A stretch of DNA of 22,896 nt from NCBI GenBank assembly GCA_041497675.1, contig JBGQGY010000051.1:1-22896 (forward strand), written 5' to 3'. The stretch's first letter is position 1. Each line of letters begins with the position of its first letter. A program made the position numbers and the translations under genes. The DNA is from a bacterium. GTDB lineage: Bacteria; Sysuimicrobiota; Sysuimicrobiia; Sysuimicrobiales; Humicultoraceae. Of the stretch, positions 1 to 5,680 are shown in pieces. The notes under the pieces are model-generated. The model was not told the DNA's origin and made no database searches. It saw only the letters and a list, made by a program, of their open reading frames with translations.

Positions 1-120
1 GACAGTGACTCGTCGAGCAGTCCAAGAGGGAGTGAACATGTGCCATGAGATCTGCGGAGAAGATGTCGAAGAGCCAGGTTGGTTGAGCTAGTTCACTGGG
101 GAGTCGTTGGGGGAACAGAT

Positions 121-161
121 GCTGTGCGGCACGCTCGGACGCGCCGAGCGCGCCGCACAGC
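121..161 (-). terminator. GC-rich hairpin just after the stop of the 166-756 gene; possible terminator or mRNA 3' stabiliser
   Basis: GCTGTGCGGCACGCTCGG (121-138) pairs with CCGAGCGCGCCGCACAGC (144-161). The single A/C mismatch is a G-U pair on the minus-strand RNA, giving an 18-bp stem with a 5-nt loop. The U-tract is weak. Confidence 0.6.
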
Positions 162-165
162 TAGC

Positions 166-756
166 CTATTTGTTCGCGAGAACGTCTAGCCCGTCGGCGC
201 ATGGTCGGCTTACCGTGTAGCTCGCCTTGTCTTCCCCGGGCATTCTGTCCCAGCCGCCTTTTTCAATGTAGGCCGCTCTCTCCCAGGAACTCGTCGCCTT
301 CAACTCTTTGAGTCTCTGCTCAAGGTTCGGGGCCCTCATGAACTGGGCCACGCAGATCGCGGCCCGCGTCGCCAAGACCGCATCGTCGCTCCTCTGCCGC
401 GTCGTGCCAGCGGTTGTCCAACCACCCCATGCAAAGCCGACGATCATTGCGATGGTTGCCCCAAACAAGAGGGCCCACACTCCAAACTTCAGCTTCCCTG
501 CAGTTTCGGGTTGCATTGGCCCGCGCTTGGCCAGAACTCGGAGACCCCACAGAAGTCCCAGGGCTCCCACGGAGGCCACGACGATCGAGCCGGCGTTGAA
601 ACCGGCGACGCCCGGGTACATCCACCCGGCAAGCAACGCGCCGATCACTCCAACGACGAGATCCCCGAAGAGGCCGTAGGGGCCCGCTCCCCGCACTCTC
701 GTCGCCAGATAACCTGCGACAATCCCGACGAAAATCGACACCCAGAAAATACTCAT
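166..756 (-). CDS. GlsB/YeaQ/YmgE (transglycosylase-associated) membrane protein fused to a C-terminal membrane-anchored domain with two Cys
   Basis: The N-terminal IFVGIVAGYLA...YGLFGDLVVGVIGALLAGW...SIVVASVGALGLLW matches the GlsB/YeaQ/YmgE pattern. Start moved to ATG 756 because of RBS GAGGTG 6 nt upstream (196 aa). Confidence 0.8.
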   Translation of the reverse strand: MSIFWVSIFVGIVAGYLATRVRGAGPYGLFGDLVVGVIGALLAGWMYPGVAGFNAGSIVVASVGALGLLWGLRVLAKRGPMQPETAGKLKFGVWALLFGATIAMIVGFAWGGWTTAGTTRQRSDDAVLATRAAICVAQFMRAPNLEQRLKELKATSSWERAAYIEKGGWDRMPGEDKASYTVSRPCADGLDVLANK

Positions 757-995
757 GTTGAACACCTCATGAATGGCATCTATCCATATGAAAACTAACA
801 CGGCCATGGTTTGCCGTCTGTTCAAGATTGCTCACTCTTCGATTTGGACGTCGACTTCTAGGGGTTTGCCTTAAGACTCAGCGCGCTTAGTGCATTGCTC
901 TTCGACAGTCGTGCCCACCCCCGCAGACGACTTGCAACGGCTACAATGAGTGCAGGGCGATCTTCAAGTGTCGGGCCTTACGAGGTGGGTGCAAC

Positions 996-1343
996 GTGGC
1001 CGTGATCACAGCCAGAATCAAGGTGCACGACGTGCACGACAGGCGAACGCCGGAGAGCCGGACAAGAGGACGCGCAGGGATCACGCCCCTGCGCTGCGTC
1101 TTTCCCGGCTGTGCGCGTCAGTTGGAGTTCGCTCCGGTCGAAGGCGTAGCCTTGAGCGTGGGGCTCGGCGGCGTGATGCGGCGCAGTATCTGCCCGGACC
1201 ACCCCCCGGTCGGCGCGTGCTCACGGTGCGGCATCATGGCGGGCCCACAGTACATGGTGAAGGTACTCCCGAACGGGCGCTGCCCGGAGTGCGCTGGGAC
1301 TGCACGAGCGGTCAGTCGTCGACGGCGGGCGTTGGGGACTTGA
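996..1343 (+). CDS. Small Cys/His-rich putative double zinc-finger protein
   Basis: GTG start with GAGGTG RBS. Eight regularly paired ligands C-x4-C-x26-C-x2-H-x5-C-x2-C-x17-C-x2-C. The 3' end overlaps the convergent regulator by 32 nt. Confidence 0.6.
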   Translation: MAVITARIKVHDVHDRRTPESRTRGRAGITPLRCVFPGCARQLEFAPVEGVALSVGLGGVMRRSICPDHPPVGACSRCGIMAGPQYMVKVLPNGRCPECAGTARAVSRRRRALGT

Positions 1344-2619
1344 GATCGGCGACGAGGGAGCGCAACTCCTCCGAAGCGGATGCTGATTCCTTCGTCATCC
1401 CCAGCCGGTCAAACCCCGCCACCGCGTCTCGCAGCAGCGTGACGGCCCGCCTTCGCTGTTTCTGGTCGCGGAGGATTCGGGCCATCGTGACCTGGGCGAC
1501 CGCTCTACGCGCCTGATCGCCGGATGTCCTCGCATCCTTGATCGCCTGATGGGCAACTGAGGCTGCCTCGTCGGGCCGACCCATTGTTAGCAGCACCGCT
1601 GCAATCTCGTCACGCGTCGCGCTGCAACCCCGCAGGTCGGCTTGGCGTTCCCTGATGCGAAGCGCCTTCTGAAGAACCGCGAGCGCTTCGGCGTAGAGAC
1701 CCTGCTCGCGCCGGACACGTCCAAGGTTCGTCAGCACCCGCCCTATCTCCGCAAGATCTTCAGCCTGCTCGAAGACCTCGTATGCGCGGCTGAGAAGATC
1801 CACGGCCTGGTCCAGACGCCCCGCGGCCCATTCGATCAGGCCCAGACCCGTCAGCGCGCGACCGTGAAGCGTCGGCATTTCCAACCGCTCGGCGAAGTAC
1901 TGCGCCCGCCGGTAGGCGCGCTGCGCGCGATTGACCTCGTTCATTCGCAGCCGCGCCGCGCCGAGTGAAAGGAGCGCCCAGACACCTTCTTCGGTGCGGA
2001 TGGACTTGGCACGCCGCATGAGATCGATCGCATGCTCAAGCGTCACGACCGCCCTCTGGAATGCCCCCCGCCGCTCCTCCACGATGCCCTTGACACACAA
2101 CGCCAGGCCAAGCGCACTCTCGAGTTGGTTTCGGCGGGCTCGCCCGGCGGCGTCCTGGGCCAGTCTCGCCGCTTCATCCAGCCTGTTCGCCGCCATGGCG
2201 GCGCGAGCGCGAGTGAGTGTTGTGCGAACCCGCAACTCAGCCGGCATATCCGGCAGCATGGCCTCGGCCGTTTCGGAAAACCGGACGGCTTCGGCGCCCT
2301 GGCTGATGGGATCCATATCCCAGGCAAGTTGAATGAGATTGAAGGCGGTCTCGAGACGCAGCTCCGCGGTGTCGAACAAGAGCGAGGCCACCGACACGCG
2401 GGCCCGCCGGGACAAGGCGACCGTCGTCTCAACCGACGGATAAGAATTGCCGCTCTCAAGCAGGCTGACAAAACTCTTGCCGAGGTCGGGCGCCGCCAGG
2501 GCTTCTTGGGTCAGGCCGGCCCGCCCGCGCGCCGCTTTCAAACGCGAACCAAACTTGACGAGCCAGTCCGGCCGACTCGAAGATATCGAAGATACCGCTG
2601 CAAGGGAGGGTTTAGCCAT
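1312..2619 (-). CDS. HTH-XRE + TPR transcriptional regulator, RRNPP (NprR/PlcR)-like peptide receptor architecture
   Basis: N-terminal XRE HTH (FGSRLKAARGRAGLTQEALA...KSFVSLLESGNSYPSVET) followed by tandem TPR-like helical repeats (ALLSLGAARLR, ALTGLGLIEW, VLTNLGRVRR...EALAVLQKAL). An in-frame stop 15 nt upstream fixes ATG 2619 as the earliest start. Confidence 0.9.
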   Translation of the reverse strand: MAKPSLAAVSSISSSRPDWLVKFGSRLKAARGRAGLTQEALAAPDLGKSFVSLLESGNSYPSVETTVALSRRARVSVASLLFDTAELRLETAFNLIQLAWDMDPISQGAEAVRFSETAEAMLPDMPAELRVRTTLTRARAAMAANRLDEAARLAQDAAGRARRNQLESALGLALCVKGIVEERRGAFQRAVVTLEHAIDLMRRAKSIRTEEGVWALLSLGAARLRMNEVNRAQRAYRRAQYFAERLEMPTLHGRALTGLGLIEWAAGRLDQAVDLLSRAYEVFEQAEDLAEIGRVLTNLGRVRREQGLYAEALAVLQKALRIRERQADLRGCSATRDEIAAVLLTMGRPDEAASVAHQAIKDARTSGDQARRAVAQVTMARILRDQKQRRRAVTLLRDAVAGFDRLGMTKESASASEELRSLVADLKSPTPAVDD

Positions 2620-2628
2620 AGTGAATAA

Positions 2629-2658
2629 ACTTTAGCATCGCGACTGCGCCCAACGCAA
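2629..2658 (-). promoter_or_regulatory. Putative sigma70 promoter of the regulator, giving a near-leaderless mRNA
   Basis: Minus strand reads TTGCGT-18nt-TAAAGT with an extended -10 TG (TGCTAAAGT), 9 nt before the ATG. No Shine-Dalgarno sequence. Confidence 0.45.
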
Positions 2659-2738
2659 GCCCAACGGAGCCCCCCAAAGGACTTGTCACGGCGCGCAGTT
2701 GGCTACCCTCCCCCACAGCTAGACGTTACCTCTGAAGC

Positions 2739-2873
2739 CTAGCCACCCCCGGGCGCGTCAATATCGGTGGTCTGCCATTGCACCCGGGTGGTCGTGTCCG
2801 TCACGAGCGGTGAAACCAGAATCAACGAGATGGCGGCGATGACCGCCATGGCAAAGCATAGAGCCTTTTTCAT
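2739..2873 (-). CDS. 44-aa secreted propeptide, candidate quorum-sensing pheromone precursor
   Basis: Read manually, not in the ORF track: strong RBS GGAGGAGGAG, then ATG AAA AAG... MKKALCFAMAVIAAISLILVSPLVTDTTTRVQWQTTDIDAPGGG*. Basic n-region, hydrophobic h-region and polar C-terminal tail; co-oriented 119 nt upstream of the HTH-TPR gene. Confidence 0.85.
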   Translation of the reverse strand: MKKALCFAMAVIAAISLILVSPLVTDTTTRVQWQTTDIDAPGGG

Positions 2874-2953
2874 AGAACTCTCCTCCTCCGGCAAAGGCGG
2901 TTTTTGGGGGCTCCATTGTGCTCGGTTCGATGTTTACAATTGGTGATCCTTTA

Positions 2954-2994
2954 TATTGTTGTCACGCAGAACAATACTATTTGGTACAACCAAA
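2954..2994. promoter_or_regulatory. Two adjacent AT-rich palindromes, candidate operator sites upstream of the propeptide gene
   Basis: TATTGTT-N9-AACAATA (2954-2976) and TTTGGT-ACA-ACCAAA (2980-2994), inside the most AT-rich stretch of the window. Confidence 0.5.
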
Positions 2995-3057
2995 CTTTGT
3001 ATACGGGAGAAAGCGTAGAGAAACGGGCGTGGGAAAAAAACAGTATCTATGCGGAGC

Positions 3058-4299
3058 TTACAGGGTTCCTATCGCCAGCAGTGCCGCGGCGGCGTCAAGG
3101 ACGCCGTAGCCCAGATCGAAATCCCAACCGTTGCCCTCAAGATCTCTTGCGGTTCGCTGCAACAGCCCCTTCACTTGCGCCGGTTTGAGCCTGGTCGTCG
3201 ACACCCGCTGCCGGAGGGCGGCCGCCGCGCCCGCGGCAACCGGTGAGGCCGCGGACGTCCCAGTGTCCACGGGATAGACGCCCGATCCCCTGAAGTGACT
3301 GAACCCTGCCAGGTCGGGCTTGCGTCGCGTCAGCCCGCCCGGCCCCTGCGACGAATAGCCGAGCCGGCGGTCGGTCACCGTGACGGCCGCAACGGTCACC
3401 ACATCGGGATGCGAGTTGGCGCCGTGGATGCTGGCTCCCGGCCCGACATCCTTGGTCCCGCATTGTCGTGAAGGGCAGTCGGCCCCGCAGTTGCCCGCGG
3501 CGAAGAACACGTCCGCACCGGCCGCCACGATCGACCCCACGACCTGATTGAATGGATGATGCGGGTTAGCGCTGTAGTTCTCGGGCGACCCGATGGGCGC
3601 ATCTTGCGCCCGGTCGTAGATCCCCCAACTATTGTTGACGACCAGCGGCCCCGCGTCGCGTTCGAGCACCTGCAGTAAATCGGCGTAGGCCGCGATCGCG
3701 TCCGACAGGAGCGCCGTCCAGGTTTCCGCGCGCGACCGGAGGAGAGCATAGTCGAGGATGCGGGCATCGGGGGCGGCGATCCGCACATCGTACGCCACCA
3801 TCGTGCCGTGCGTCGGCGGCGCCGACCCGGGCCGGTAGTCGCGGTTCGGCGACCACCCGCCGGAGACGGGAATTTGCCGGCCATCGATGCCGGTATCGAC
3901 GATCGCGACGCGCACCTCGCGACCTGTCAGACCGGCGGCCCGCAGCGCGGGAACGCCAAGCCGGTCGGCGACATCCGTGTCGCTCCCCACGGCATCGGGG
4001 CCGCAATAGGGCTCGGGGAAGGCGGCAATTTCAGGATCGGCGTACACGCCGACGACGTCGGCCGGTCTATCACGCAGAAGACGCGCGGTCACATCTTCAT
4101 CATCGCATTCGCCGCGGACGCAATACGACGTTGGGCCGGCCGACCGGTAGTCGAATCCCACCGCACCGGGCCGGTCTTTGGGGACTCCCAGACGGCTAGA
4201 GATCCGTACGGGGTGGTAGGTGTCGTCGAACCGAAGACCGGCGACGCGCACGGCTTCGAGCACGGCGCCGCTCCGGATCACGATGATGCGACGTAGCAT
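3058..4299 (-). CDS. Subtilisin-like serine peptidase (S8) with N-terminal prodomain and no signal peptide
   Basis: Catalytic motifs VAIVDTGID, HGTMVA, oxyanion FAAGN and GTSAASP; C-terminal GYG. RBS GGGGAGGG is spaced correctly for ATG 4299 rather than ATG 4305. Confidence 0.93.
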   Translation of the reverse strand: MLRRIIVIRSGAVLEAVRVAGLRFDDTYHPVRISSRLGVPKDRPGAVGFDYRSAGPTSYCVRGECDDEDVTARLLRDRPADVVGVYADPEIAAFPEPYCGPDAVGSDTDVADRLGVPALRAAGLTGREVRVAIVDTGIDGRQIPVSGGWSPNRDYRPGSAPPTHGTMVAYDVRIAAPDARILDYALLRSRAETWTALLSDAIAAYADLLQVLERDAGPLVVNNSWGIYDRAQDAPIGSPENYSANPHHPFNQVVGSIVAAGADVFFAAGNCGADCPSRQCGTKDVGPGASIHGANSHPDVVTVAAVTVTDRRLGYSSQGPGGLTRRKPDLAGFSHFRGSGVYPVDTGTSAASPVAAGAAAALRQRVSTTRLKPAQVKGLLQRTARDLEGNGWDFDLGYGVLDAAAALLAIGTL

Positions 4300-4331
4300 G
4301 CGCATCCCTCCCCGCGCCGAGAATGATGCGG

Positions 4332-4583
4332 TTAGGACATCGGTGCCTGCCGGACGTCCGCAAAGAACTGGACGCCCGGAATGGCTTCGGCCCTCCTGCG
4401 CGCTTCGGGCGTGGCTTCGCCTCGGACCACGTGCCGCCCGCGACCCGGGTCGATCAGCAAGGGCCCGTAGCTATCGTCTAAGCGGACGCCGGTTCCGGCG
4501 AACAGCGTGGCGACGGCCGTCATGTCGAGACGCGCGCCGGGCCGGTCCACCTGGATGATGAAGAGCCGGGGCTGGTCCGCTAC
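4332..4583 (-). CDS. Small protein paralogous to the prodomain of the adjacent S8 protease (possible inhibitor or chaperone); start uncertain
   Basis: GVRLDDSYGPLLI...VVRGE...FFADVRQAP aligns by eye with the protease's GLRFDDTYHPVRI...CVRGE...VYADPEIAA. It fills the gap between DinB and S8. The nearest ATG is 4523; a strong RBS precedes GTA at 4583. Confidence 0.7.
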   Translation of the reverse strand, partial: VADQPRLFIIQVDRPGARLDMTAVATLFAGTGVRLDDSYGPLLIDPGRGRHVVRGEATPEARRRAEAIPGVQFFADVRQAPMS

Positions 4584-5110
4584 GCGGGCTCCTCCCTCCG
4601 CGTGAACGCAAACCCGGAGTAATCGAGGTTTTGGGCCGCCACGCCGAGTTGTCGCAACATCGCCATCGCCTGCGCGCGATGATGCACCTCGTGCATGGCC
4701 ATCTGCATGAACAAGTCGCTCTTCAGGCCGTTGACAACCACCACCTTGCCTTGCGGCGTGGTGGGCATCGTCATCCGGTACTCGATGGCAGTATCCCAGT
4801 CCTTGATACCGGCCAGCAAGCCGCGAGTGCGCGGCGCTTGTTCGGTCCAGAGCGTTTCCAGGTCGCGAAACGCGGGCAGACGGTCTTCGCTGATCGGCCA
4901 CTGATCGCGCGGTGGCAGGGGCGTGGCGGGCTGCTGGATGCGCCGCCCATAGAGCCACTCCGCGCGGGCAATGTCAACCACGGTCGCCCGCAGCGTGCCG
5001 AGCCCAAAAGGGAATTTCTGCGTGTACTGATCTTGGCTGAGCGGTCGGATCCAGTCGAAGAGCTTCTGGCGGGCCTGCGTCAACATATCATACACGTGAG
5101 CGAAATCCAC
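4580..5110 (-). CDS. DinB/YfiT-family protein
   Basis: RBS AGGAGGTG + GTG 5110. DinB pattern GTLRATVVDIARAEWLY...HEVHHRAQAMAMLRQLG; 176 aa. Confidence 0.88.
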   Translation of the reverse strand: MDFAHVYDMLTQARQKLFDWIRPLSQDQYTQKFPFGLGTLRATVVDIARAEWLYGRRIQQPATPLPPRDQWPISEDRLPAFRDLETLWTEQAPRTRGLLAGIKDWDTAIEYRMTMPTTPQGKVVVVNGLKSDLFMQMAMHEVHHRAQAMAMLRQLGVAAQNLDYSGFAFTRREEPA

Positions 5111-5200
5111 CGGCCACCTCCTGAGCGAATAGGCGGGACGGTGGCTTATTCGATCTTGCCGGAGGATTTGCCTCCCGCCCCTTGAAGGGGGTTGTCGCGC

Positions 5201-5665
5201 ATGAAGCGGACCATGACAATCCTGATACTCGCGGCGCTCGCCTCGGGGATTCTCGTCCTCGCTCCGGAGCCGTCGCATGGCGCGCCGCAGCCTGCGCCGC
5301 AGGTCGCGCAGGCGCAGGCCGATGTCAGGGCGCAACTCCGAACGGCCATTCATCACGCGGGGTTTGCGGCGGAGGGAGATTCGCTCGGCTACGTGCGCCT
5401 GCACCTCGGCCACGCCCTCAACTGCATTGAAGGCCCCGCCGGCAAGAACTTCGACCGGGCGTGGGGCAACGTGTGCCAGGGGCAGGGTAACGGCATCTTG
5501 ACCGACCTGCGTTCGGCGCCGGGTGGCGCTACCTATCGCACCGTCATCGAACACGCCGACACGCTTGCCGCGGCGGGGGTCGCGAGCCGCGATGTCGCGG
5601 AGATCAAGACGGTCGCCAAAGCGGTCGGTGCACTCCTGGCCGTCATCGCGGACGGCGTCAAGTAA
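5201..5665 (+). CDS. Secreted hypothetical protein
   Basis: RBS AAGGGGG; signal peptide MKRTMTILILAALASGILVLA; His/Cys motif HHAGFA...HLGHALNCIEG...GNVCQGQGNG. Confidence 0.8.
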   Translation: MKRTMTILILAALASGILVLAPEPSHGAPQPAPQVAQAQADVRAQLRTAIHHAGFAAEGDSLGYVRLHLGHALNCIEGPAGKNFDRAWGNVCQGQGNGILTDLRSAPGGATYRTVIEHADTLAAAGVASRDVAEIKTVAKAVGALLAVIADGVK

Positions 5666-5680
5666 GCAGACGGCCCTCGT

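Noticed and set aside
2613..2714. Possible minus-strand uORF (..VTSPLGGSVGLALGAVAMLKFIHYG*) overlapping the receptor start, after GGGGGAGGG
   Set aside because: Only a CTG is properly spaced from the SD-like run, and it overlaps the putative promoter; insufficient support.
2904..3188. Plus-strand ORFs across the AT-rich spacer
   Set aside because: Atypical composition, no RBS, and overlap with the S8 3' end; better explained as regulatory DNA.
5161..5191. Two tiny hairpins (GGAGG/CCTCC and CCCCT/AGGGG), the second covering the RBS of the secreted protein
   Set aside because: Stems of only 5 bp are likely by chance at this GC content.
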